DNA from: Folioceros fuciformis
Taxonomy: Eukaryota
Assembly: GCA_049999805.1 (NCBI GenBank)
Contig: JBNGIO010005800.1
Location: 183,805 to 203,804, forward strand
Direction of reading: 5' to 3'
DNA: 20,000 nucleotides
Positions 8,831 to 20,000 of the stretch are shown in pieces. A program made the position numbers and the translations under genes. The notes under the pieces were generated by a model, which did not search any database, had not been told where the DNA came from, and saw only the letters and a program-made list of their open reading frames with translations. Position 1 is the stretch's first letter, and each line of letters begins with the position of its first letter.

Positions 8831-10261
8831 GCGTGCTGCGGCTGCACAGCGGGCTGCCGCATTATCCCATCCTGTGTGCTTGTTGTGTGAGTGTGAGAGT
8901 GTTAGTACGTGCCTGTGTTGCTTTCCGCCTTCGAATTTGCTGAGGCTTGGCTTCGCGGCGCCTCTCGGATTTCGAGATCTCGGCGGCGTGTTGAATTTCT
9001 GGAGGACGGCGAGGCTGTTGCCTGCGGAATTTTGGATTGTGGAAGAGTGCAGTTTAGTGCTCGGGAGGGGCGGAGTCGGGAGAGTGGAGTGGACGACAAA
9101 TTGTTGTGTTCCGTTTTTGTCTTGTTTGGTGCCTGCGAGCCCGGGATCTTGCTCGCTGTTGCGGTTTTGTGTGTAGCCTTGGCCTGATTTCGGTGGGGGA
9201 GTGGAATGTGGTTTGAGGTGCTGATGTGTGGCTGGAGAATTGGGAGGCGCATTCGATGGTGAAGGCGTTTTCGAAGTGGAGATTGTGTGAGCGGATGCGC
9301 GGGTTTTAGAGATCTGGTGAAGATTTGGTGCGATTTGGACTTGAAGAGATGGAATTGGCATTGACGGAGAGAGAGCGTGCGTGAGTGTGGGAGACGTCAG
9401 ACGGCATTACGGACGGAGCGGAAGGTGGCATGTGGTAATGCATTGTGAGAGCAGGGTTACGATCTGCCTGGGGTCGCAACTGTTGCGCTGGCTTTCAATT
9501 TTGGACCAGTAATTTCGGGGATGATGCAATAGACGGCCAATGGATAGTCGGAGGAGCTCCTCGAGTGGCTGCTGCAGAATCATGTCACGTTGTTTGCTGT
9601 GAATAGGGGATCCCTGTGTGCATGGCAGCTGTATGTTGGTGAGGACGCTCTACGGCACGCGGCACACGGGTGTTGATTACGGTCGTTCTGCTTTTAGGAC
9701 TTCTCTCCTTGCAATCGTCGACGCTGAAAGCTGTCTGCCGCCACTTTCTGCTCTCGACTGCAGTGTTAGATGTCCTTGGGGCAGGACTGTCCTCGAAATT
9801 GAAGTGCCAGTCGTTGTTGGATTCCGCGGAGTACAGCGGGTTTCTCGCAAGTAATCCACGGGACCACCACTGGGCAACAAGCAGCTCTCAAAGCGCCCGC
9901 ATCCACTGAGCGTTGTCGTGGTGCACTGATCAGGGAGTGAGCGGCTCCCGTTGGATTGCTAGCTATCCCAAAGAGAACAGCTATCTATCTGAAGAAGGCG
10001 ACAGGCGCCTCTGTCCCGGCTCGCCTTTCGGAAAGCTGGCAGGTTGTTGGAAATCAGCCTTCGCATGGTACAAATATTACGGCTGGTGTTCCAAGCTGTC
10101 ACCGCTGGTGATGTCAAGTGTACTGCCCAGCATTGGCGGACTGTGGACAACGAGGGATTCAGCTCGCTGAACACAATCCATCAAGCTATGCCAGCTTTTC
10201 TTTAGGACTCTGGCACTTGCGTGGGAATCGCTTTGGTCGAAGGTGAAAGGCTGTCAGCATC

Positions 10262-12656
10262 ATGGACGCAGCTGTTACTCATGGATCGAAGCCCACGATT
10301 TCTAGCACGATGGAATGGGAGGAATCCTACAGGCCTCTGCCCTTCCTCTTCTTTGGACTGCTCATGATATGGACTGTGTTGGTCGGCGTGTGGACGCTGA
10401 ATACATGGAGCAAACGTCGATGGCAGGTACGGCCCAGTCTCGTTTCCATGCAACGACGTCTGGGATGTCCTCCTCCTCAGTCCTAGCTAGTTGTGTTGTT
10501 AGGCAGGACTTGGTATGCTGTGCCGAATTTGCGACTCTAAGCTGTTGCATGCCTCCTTGAACAGACCAGCAATCTGCAATGGATTTTGACGGCAGTGCCT
10601 GTATTGAAAGCGCTAGTTCTGGGGCTCTCTTTCGTTTTTTGGTAAGTTGATAGATGGCTCCCTGCGGTGTCTTCTCTGGAATTGTTGTTCTGTACACACG
10701 TCTGTGATAGCACCGTGGCAGGCATGCCATCAAAAGCATTTCCTGACGAGCTTTAGTTGAAATTGCAGGTACTCATGCCTCAACTTGAGCACTTGCTCGT
10801 TCTGGGTTGCATTCGGGGTCTTTGTATCTCGAATCTTTTTCGAAACGGCCTGTTTCATTGCATTTCTCTTGATATCCCACGGGTATTGCATTATGCACGA
10901 GCAGCTCTCTATCGCTGAACGGCGTAGTATTGCCGGACTTGCTTCGCTCTTATATCTGACTCTCACCGGCTACAAGGCTGCTGTGCCTCAATTTGCGGTA
11001 AGTTTTTCAGGGACTTCTGTTGGTACTGCTCCGTTACTCCTGCTGCAGTAGTACTCTGTGCTGTCAGGTTCCTCTTGAGATTTGGAAGGTAGTGCCGACG
11101 CTGATCGTCACGGCCTCTTGTGCAGATTCTTGTTGTGCTGATCTACCTGATCATGCTGTACGTGATCTTCATTCACGTTTCTCGCAATCTCACTGTGTTG
11201 AGAGATCAGCTGCAGCATATACAAGACGAAGGTGTGCACATGATGCACACAGCCATCTACACGAAGTACACTATGTTCAAGTATGCAAGCTTTACCTCCT
11301 TTTAGAGATTGAACTCATTTTATCATATTGTGAAGGAATTGCTCTCTAACTGGCATCATTCGACGTCTTCAGGAAGTTCCAGGGGGCTATGCTCATGATG
11401 GTTGTCGCTGAGATTTTGGTGAGCAGTTGCGTTTCCTTCAGGCGGTCGTTTGCAACTTCTGGCTGTTTTCAAGTAGCTGTTGCTCATTGTATTCCCGTGA
11501 TTCTGTAGATGCACGCTAGAGCTGACGGCGTCGCTAACGAGTATTGGATGCGCCTTCTTGTACGAGAGTGGACAGAGATAGGCATATTTTTCTACATTGG
11601 GTAAGCAAGTGCATCCCAGACATTTTGTGTGTTTCGTGTCTTTCACGTAAGTGTGGATTGCTTCGAGGCTTCCAAAGGGTAATCCGTCAACTTTGTCTGC
11701 TTGATCGGTCGTCGCAGGTGGACGTTCAGGTCACGAGAACTGACACCCTTTTTCACTGTTATTCCTACCTTACACTCCTCGGGACAACGTGTATTGCCGC
11801 CTATCTACAGCGTTGTAAGTTTCCAGCTTCTCGCTGACCATAAAATTCTCTTCAGCGTAGGCTCTTCTTTTGTGTTCGCTTACGGGTTAAAGCCCTCTTG
11901 CCCTTGTAATATCGCAGGAGATGAATCAGAAGGACTTCAACAACTTGGACTTTAAAGAGTGGCACATTGGAGTGGTACCTTCCCAATCCCAAGTTGCGCT
12001 ATTGGCTACGCTGTTGTTGCCTTGGATGTTTCTTGACACTGACACGTGGCTCTGACTGTACGTTCTTGTTGTTTGGGCAGCCTACCCCTGTCGGCAACTG
12101 CAAGGGTGCAGGACCAAGGCCAATGTTGGTTATTGTACAAAATCCCGGCATGTCGAGTTTTAACTTCGAAGACTTGGATACCGTAAAATCAACAGCAAGT
12201 GGCGGAATGGCCAGAGACTTTAACATGACCCAGGGTAGTCACCCCTTGTCTGAAATATCCCCCCAGCCCTCTGCCGGCTTCGACACTACCCCAAGTGTTG
12301 TAGACAGCTGCACGCCTCTGGTGACTTCACAGTGGAGAGACTCCCAACAGCGATCCCCTAGGTTTGTGAGTTCTAACAAAAAAGGTTTTGGTGATTCTTG
12401 CTGTGACTTAGAAATCCAATGTTCTCCACATCTAAGTTTCGACAGACCAGTAAGTGAGTGTGGGATTAGAGGGAAATTAGGTCGGGCAGGGGGTGAGGAT
12501 GTATTATACATGAAGGAAGTCATTCTGGATGTCAAAGGTTTTAAAGACTATTCCCTACTAGCTAGTGGTCAGCATTGTGAGACACTGCATGGGGCACCCA
12601 GGGGAAAATCAGAACTCAGGCCTCTCCTCTCTCATAACCAGAATAGCTTGGTATAG
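10262..12656 (+). CDS. Conserved plant multipass membrane protein (GOST/GPR107/lung-7TM-like TM region), 9 exons, 497 aa
   Basis: Exons 10262-10426, 10565-10641, 10769-10997, 11126-11280, 11373-11418, 11509-11600, 11718-11814, 11918-11974, 12081-12656. All introns are GT-AG, phases are consistent and the total is 1494 nt. Spliced motifs include ESYRPLP, WTLNTW..R.WQTSNLQW.L..VP.LKAL, FLLISHGYCIMHE.LS..ERR, KY.MFKKFQGAM, YW.RLLVREW, YIGWTFRS, PPIYSVEM, EWHIGVPT and LVIVQNP, with about 7 hydrophobic segments. Confidence 0.88.
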
Positions 12657-13477
12657 AAGTTTCTTTAACCTGCAGTTCCACGTTCAATTGGCGTGCAGGC
12701 TGTGGCCTCCCTAGGGCTTCCTCATACCCCAGCAAGATCCACCAACTAACCCGGACACTAGCATTGTCGTGCAACAGAATTGGCTGATTTGTGAATAGCA
12801 GTCTCACACATTTCATTTGATGTTGCATTCTCAACATCTGGAAAATCTCTTGTACACTAGGAATGGGAAAAGGCTTCTTCTCTTCACCCCTTTGCGCACT
12901 TATATAACATATCGTTTGTTGGATTTTGTCCTTATCAACGAAAAATGGTGGCAATGTGTGAACAGTAGAACCCGCTGACGAATGTCTTCTGTGTGAAGTG
13001 CACGATTCTCTCCTGCTGATGTGACTATGTTGTGGAAGCTTGGCTTTCTTGTTCGCTCGTGGCCGACAATGTGGCAAACCCTACGTCGTCTGACAGAAGA
13101 AGCAGCCCCAATTTAAAAGTGCGCTTTTATTGCTTCTGCTGAAGAGCGTCAGGTTCACCTAATCGCGAACCAACGATTAAGTTACAATCTAACCTACCTA
13201 ACTATGCTACAAAACGTCACGCTCTTTCCGACGAGTTAGCAGTTGGAATCGATCTTTACAAGAATGGGTGCGGGGCAAATACGCCAGGAGGGATGTAAAC
13301 CCCCTTCTAGTCCCATACAAAAACAATAAATAGACGCAAGAGGGAATCTGCAAGTTCGATATCCTTCAGAATCTGTGAAACCAACGGAAAAAGAATTAGG
13401 TGCTTGCTCCTGCAGAGAGTTTGCCACAGACTCAGGACTCAAATAACTTGTGGAAACTGCCTGGCACTCACCGATGG

Positions 13478-16400
13478 TTAGGATGTGAAGGTGATGATTC
13501 TGTCTGCAATTGCACTTCGGCATAATGGGCATTCTGTGCAAGCAATAGCACATGGTTTACACACTGCAGATGCAACCCAAGATACACTTTAGTTCATTAC
13601 TAATTGACCGCGTTATCGGAGGGGGCCGGTCAGAAGAGAAAACTGCTTACAGCAAAAGTGGCGGCATGGGAGCAGAACTGCAGCAGTCGGAGATTCGAAG
13701 CAGACTTTGCAGACATGGCCATTTCTGTCGTCATCCGCTAAGAGCTGGTCACTTCCCAGGGCACTCATGTCGTACTGATTTTTTGAGTGAAGCTCTCGAC
13801 CACGATCCTTTTCGGATCTCTCTTGCTCTCGAGCCTGCCAAGTTCAGAAAGATTGTGTGTTTTGCGTTGTTATTCGCGTCTGGACCAATCATCAGTCAGT
13901 GCACGCTGTCAGCTAATATTTTCTTTATTTTTCATGATTCAGGAAGGGGGGAGAGGCAGACCTTAGCTTGACATAGTTTGGTCAAGGCTTCAACATGAAG
14001 GTTGGAAAGATCTTCCAGAGTTGCCATGCTCAGTCCATCCAAATCCTCACTCTGTACAGAAGCTAAGAAGAGGTTAGAATTATTCTGCCCCCTGGCAATC
14101 ACATCAAAGGCACAAAGCATCGTAGTCAGTCTGCTTTCAGATGATGGAAGTGACAGAAACGACTGCTGGAGAAGAACATGCCTTCAACTGTGAGACCAGT
14201 GCATCAAGTTCGGCATTTCGGCGCCTTTCATCTTCAAGGCAAGCCCTCAAGTCATCAAGAGCAGTATCTTCATCCGCTCCCTTCACTTTATTCCCGTTGC
14301 TGAGAGGTCTCAGAACTGTGTCTCCGTTCATTTGATGGTCTTCTGGAACTGAATGCAACTGCTCTAATGCTTCCCGCTCCTTCTTCAATTGGGCCACCAG
14401 AACCCACATCCCTGCAAGATCGTTTTCTAAGTCTACCTCCCGCTGCTTTGCTTCCTCAACTCTACTCTGCAAATCTGCCTCAGACTCCTCTTTCTCCTCT
14501 AGTCGGGACTTCAAGAGCGACTGCTCATGCTTTAAAGTCTCAAGTTCGTTCTTCAGCTGAATCACAGTATCGTCGGAGTCAAGTCTCCATAGATCCACAT
14601 CGTCAAAAGGCTGCGGTGGATCTGCCAGGAATCTGGCCGCCCCATTGGCTTGACCAAGTTCACTGTCTGTTTGAGTTTCGCTGTTTGCCGTTAGCTTGAA
14701 GTGTCCATTACTTGGCAAGGATTTAGCTGACAGCCTGGTGTAAGCAAGATCTTGTGCATTTGCAAGGTCATTTGAAAGCTTGGCATTCTGAAAGGACAAC
14801 TTTGTAACTTCTTCAGCCAAGTTCTTCAGCTCCACAGCAGCGGCTGAAGCCAACTCCTTTGCGTAAGCTGCATCATCAGAATTCTTCTCACAGCGGATCT
14901 CTAGGTCTGCCTTCTCCTCCGCCAAACGAAGTTTCTCCTGCTTAAGCCGCTCAATCTCAGCCGCCTGAGTGCAAGCGCTCCAGATGTTAGCGACACCAGA
15001 CATTTGCGGTTTTTGTTGACTTTACAAAGGGAACATGAAAGGTTCATGCCTGTAAGATGACTTGGGCTTGCAAGCTTGCGTCAGTGTCGAGATCCTTGGA
15101 GCTACCCCTTGAATTAAACTCTTGAGAAGCACCAGCATCAGCCTCGGCTCCGCCTTCTACAAAGCGCAATTCCCCAGATAAACAACCAGTGCTCAGCCAG
15201 CCACCTACGTCTTCGTTATTTTCGATGAAGCTGCGAATTCTTTTGTGCTGCAGCGGTTTTTCAATTGCGGATTTCAGCTGCTGCCGTAGCGATGTAACTG
15301 TGTCTTGCAACTCGTTGATTTCTGTTGTCTGTTATGCACAGAAATGATTAACATGAGGAACTTTCACAAATCTGAAACTCTCTGTGCAGAAGTGACCCAC
15401 GGCTCAAGCGTGAGTGTACCTTGGCTTGGAGTTGCTCTTGAAGAATTCTATTATCAGCACTCTTAATCTGCACCGTCAAACGTGGATAACATGAAAAGAT
15501 TAAACATAATCCAAGGAAACCACCCACCTCAATACGAAAGGTCTAAAGCAATACCTCCAGATCAAACGCCTTCTCGTTGAGCTGACTAGTAAGCTTCACA
15601 ATCGTCTATAGAGGAAGGCAGGTTCAATCAGTGCACGAAGTTGTTCAAAAAAGACTACCTGCGCTCTCGAACTCAAAAGCACTAGCCCGGCACAGAGTGC
15701 AGTACCTGGGACAGCTCAAACTGTGAGCTAGTACTCGCTGAATTGTCTGAGGTGCCTACCACTCGCTGTTCCAGAAGACGCAATTGCCTTTTCTTCTCCT
15801 GAATTTCTTCCTTAGTCTTTTGCATTTGAACCTGATACGACACGCCAGAGATTTAGAATGTCATCCAGCAATCTTGGAACATGTAACCAAGACGATTGAA
15901 TGGTTCCGAGACAAACTTGGAGCTGAATGTCCTCAGGGTTCTTGAGATTCTGCTCGGACAACCGCTTCAGAGAGCTGGTACACAACGCCAACTCTCCAGC
16001 TACCATTTTTATTTGTTCGCGAAGAAGATCCATCTGGTCGACCATGGTTGTTCCAGTCTGCAAAGGAGGCGTGTTCATATGGGCTTGGCACTCAAGCAGG
16101 AAGCAAGCATCACTTGCAAACTATCAACCTGGCTTGCACGGGCTTTTATCACTTACAGGAGGGGGTCTCCGTCCTCTAACTGTTGCACTAAACAGTTCAC
16201 CCGCTTGTGTGGACTCAGGAAAGGAGTCAACAGGTGCAAGCTCATCGACTCGCCTGCTGAAAGACTTTCGACGCACTCCCTTGAGATCAAAAGTCGGGTC
16301 GAACTGCACAGCTGCGGATATGCCTGACCCAACTGATCCATTTGGCGAGTTGTCATGGTCAAGACTGCTTGCAGGGCTGAGGATGTGATCGTTTCGCTGA

Positions 16401-19400
16401 GCGCAGCGAGAGGAGACCAACCAATCAGTACATCGTGCCGGTAGGCCAAGAGGCTTTGAAGTGGACGATCAAACCAATGAGTTCGACAAGGTTGATGGTT
16501 ACCCGGAGCTTGAACCACCCTAGCATTCCACGCCTCTTTGATTTCTTCTCTTCCCTAACAGCGTCTTCGACACTGTTGTTCTCACCCTTTCCTTCACCTG
16601 ATTGTTCTGAGTCTGGTCCACCATGATTGGACTCCTCCTCATCTTCGTATGCCAACTCCCGCCTTTTATCTGGCAGATACGCTAACTGCATTGAGAGACA
16701 GCAACGTTGTCAACACACATCTAAAAGTTAACAACTTAGCGCGGATAGTTAGATCAAATGTCAACCCTTTAACTAGTGATCGATACCTCTTCTTCTCCAA
16801 ACGAATGACGTCGGCGAGGCAAAGGCTTATCTAACATCTTCACTACAGGGGGAATCGAGTTTTTGGTGGAGACTAGTATCAACTTTGTGAGCCTTTGTAT
16901 TCTTCCCATAAGCGCAGCTTTCGCTTGCTCTTCTTCCTCCAATCTCGACTGCATTTTGATCTGTCCAGCTTCAAGCTGTTGTGACAAGAGGTCAGAAAAA
17001 GCTTGCTTCAACAACTCTCCTAAACCTTGAAATACTTCATTGAAACGCAGAATCGATGTTTTCTACTACCTGCTGACGCAATGTGAGCAGGTCTTCCTGA
17101 CTAGAAGCACCCAGGTAAGGTTTCTCCAGAATGCCTCTCTTCAACTGCTCCAATTCCTGCTTCAAGCTGCTGATTTCTCTTTGATACTTCTTGATGAGCG
17201 ACTTTTCATCTAGGATCTGTGGGTACGACCAGGTCCACGATGAGTTACTAGCCATTCTGCAGGGACACTTTCGACTTCCACCAAATAACAAATGAGCAGT
17301 AAAGCACCTTGTTCGAAGCCAGCTGTATCTCCACCCGCTTGGCCCTGTGTGCGAATTTTAACGTGTTGTGAGTTTCTTCATTATTGCTGGAAGCTGGTGT
17401 TACTGTGCAAATCAGCTGCCCACAGACAAAAATACAGTCGTTATCAAGAGAAACATCTCGCAAGGCTCACGGACACCAGCCACGGGCTTTTCCAATCTTC
17501 ACGGAAACCGCTGTAAATAAAGCTTCAAATAGTACCGAAATACGGCCATGCCCACTCAGAGAAGACTGCAACAGACGGGTCAGCTTTGAATCTCTATATG
17601 GTACATGTGATGCCTTCCCATCACTCAGCTTTGCTATAACCTGCAGGGTTCAGACACAGAATTGACAAGTCACAGTTTGCTCCTGAGCACTTCAAACAGT
17701 CCCGTAACCAAATCCTCAATCAGAAACCGGCAAACAACTCACGGTTCCAAGTGTGAGCAAACTCTTGTTGATGTAAGATCCTTCTTTCCTCCTCAGGCCA
17801 GTGGTTTCAGTTTTTGAACTTTCTGAGCCGGCAAGATCGATAAGATTCTGCACCGAGAGGAAAGGTGGTTATCAGCTCGCTTGCAGCACGTTCGCACTCA
17901 GACAACACCCTTTAATGATTGGGCAAGCAGTAGTACCACAATCTAAGGCTTTCCTGACTCAGCATTTGCAGACATAAGGCTCACCAGTTGAGACAAGGTT
18001 ACATCTTCTTCGCCATAACCTTCACCTCGTGGACTGCTCTCCACTGTCTGCAAACAGGGACAACCAAATTTGGACACTTGTGCTTCACCGTTCTGCAACC
18101 CAAGCTCACAGACTTTATTTGTACCAGAGTGAAAATAGTGTGGCTTCGACTGCTGAGAAGGTTGAAGTTGTTTGATCCAACATGCCTGTGCTCTGCATCA
18201 GCCATGGAAATATATCCAACTGATGAGTGCGCATTCGATCCGATCAAGTACCACGGTAAACATCATCCTGCAGTCAAGTACAGTGCGTGACCTTCCCCAG
18301 CAGCAATAAGAGAAAGTGCATGGGCCGGAGACAAAACAACTTCCTCCTTGATCCCCTCCACATAGGTGCCCTGTAATTTGAACGGAAGACGTGTTGAAGA
18401 CTTTCAGGTACATGACACGAAAGCAGACAAGAAAGCACCAACGTAGTTTCTTTGCGCAAACCAGACCTGTGCATCCTCCCGGACACGGAGATTCTGGCCC
18501 GCAGGATCCAGGAGGTCATTGATAACCTGGACAAACAAGACCTGTTGATGAAGACATCCCAGAACAGCCGCCCGCGGAACCTCAAGCATTCACCATGAGA
18601 GGAGCCGTGCGTACCTCATTGTAAATCTCAAGATAAGACACACGAAGGAGGAATTCACGACTTGGCGTCTGCCAGAGATCAAGAGTGAGAAAGTGAGTTC
18701 CAAATAACTGAGTCACGATTTGACCCCTGCAAGAAGTATCAAGCATGGAGCAAGGGCAGGATGTTGGTACTCACCTCCTGGATGATACTGAAAACATCCT
18801 TGACAGCAAGTGGAATGATTCCAGGCGACTTCTGATCCCCCTGTTGACACCACGGATATCAGTGAACTAGGCTCTCCATAGCTTCTGGATCTCAGGTGTG
18901 GAAGACTCGGAGCCCCGCACTAAACAGAAGAATCCTAGGAACAGCATTACCACTCACGTGCATGGTATGTGTCTTCCCACTGCTCGTCACACCGTAAGCG
19001 AAGACAGTGCCTAGTAAACCCAGGGCAAGCAGTCATTGTGTCAGTCCTAGATCCAAAGACAGCTCACGCCCAGCCTGTGTCCGCCCACGTTGCAAACATG
19101 ACCGAGAATGAGGATGGAGTGACCAGTCCTGACAGAGAGCTTACCATTCACACCCTCCATGGCACCCTGAACAACATGCTGTGCAGCCACATCGTAGACA
19201 CCCCTCGTCGTTGTAGCTGGGCCAAATACTCTATCTGCGTTGTCAGAAAGGAGTGGCAGCCAAATCAAACATTGCAATAGGTGTTCCAGTAAGTTGAAGG
19301 CCGAGCGGCGGGCCAACTAGTACTGAATAAGCATAGCAATGCCTCCTACCAAAAGCGTATGCTGTAGAAGGATTGAATTCGCTGCGTACAGTCGTGTCTC

Positions 19401-20000
19401 CATCTGCATACCAGGCTACTTCATCTCCCCGTTGAATCTCCCGCGCACTGAGATCACAATCAGGCAGCACGTATTATCAAACACATCGATTTCCTTGTCC
19501 CCACTGGCAACAGACCATGCACTTACCCTAACCATGCACATCGGAAGGGTGTGAACTACAATCAAACATTCCGCTGGTCCTGGGCGGTGCAATCCTGCTT
19601 GGGCGACAGTGCTGCAGAGTGTGCATGCTCAATGCACATTCCGCTAATGCCAGGGCAAGCAAAGCTCTAAGCGGTCCACTAAACCACTGCAAACGGTCCA
19701 TGCAGAAGCCAGACAGGACACCCGAGACTGTGCGATGCTGCAGGACTCTCCGCAAAATCCAACATTGCGAGCAAGCTCCCGCCATCACTATCCCACGCCA
19801 CCTATCTCTGATACCCGCAACCTCGTCCCCCAAACGCATCAAGCCAGAGAGACAAGGTTCACGAACCCAATCTACCTGAGGGGTCGAAATCGGAGGGTGA
19901 CCGAGATGTTTTCCTTGGCCCGCAGAAGAAAATCCGTCCTCTCGGACGTAGGCGTCCTGGGACTTCCCCCCATGGATGCAGACGAGGTGGAGCTCACATT
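13478..20000 (-). CDS. KIN7D: Kinesin-7 family motor (KIN7D/KIN7M/MKRP-type) with coiled coils and C-terminal RING finger; 5' end outside window
   Basis: 26 phase-consistent exons: 19876-20000(partial), 19350-19447, 19145-19234, 18958-19010, 18775-18840, 18615-18668, 18467-18526, 18292-18370, 18125-18192, 17985-18047, 17743-17847, 17536-17640, 17308-17415, 17070-17216, 16787-16975, 16503-16685, 16157-16396, 15917-16057, 15706-15831, 15555-15605, 15420-15467, 15050-15328, 14182-14964, 13962-14051, 13651-13834, 13478-13563. Motifs: RFRPLS, P-loop [16 protein letters not shown], switch I SSRSH, switch [100 protein letters not shown]. The exact orthologue name is approximate. Confidence 0.95.

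Noticed and set aside
8572..9361. Overlapping 100-200-aa ORFs on both strands
   Set aside because: They are low-complexity translations of a CT/GT-skewed, stop-poor promoter/leader with no domain features.
13552..19879. Plus-strand ORFs overlapping the kinesin gene (e.g. 13552-13971, 14367-14699, 15896-16388)
   Set aside because: They are antisense shadows of kinesin exons and introns with no independent coding signal.

Overview
Eukaryotic, gene-dense, intron-rich (mostly ~80-200 nt introns) land-plant DNA. The compact structure suggests a non-seed plant such as a hornwort or moss, but that is inference. Left to right: (1) the last 50 codons of a SYF1/XAB2 splicing-factor gene (+). (2) An old local duplication of the SYF1 3' end plus downstream flank; the second copy is a frameshifted pseudogene. 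(3) An ~820-bp insertion found only in the first copy, with asymmetric subterminal inverted repeats, terminal TGTAC direct repeats, end hairpins and an internal ~72-bp palindrome-containing tandem array, probably a non-autonomous DNA transposon of unclear class. (4) An intronless 237-aa orphan ORF (-) beside an AT-rich, CpG-poor island with a 77-bp tandem duplication at its ATG. (5) A 9-exon gene (+) for a 497-aa plant multipass (GOST/GPR107-like 7TM) protein with a long uATG-rich upstream region. (6) A convergent kinesin-7 gene (KIN7D/MKRP-type, -) with 26 exons in the window, a C-terminal RING finger and two consecutive GC-AG introns; its 5' end lies beyond the window. All homology calls are from motif recognition, not database searches.
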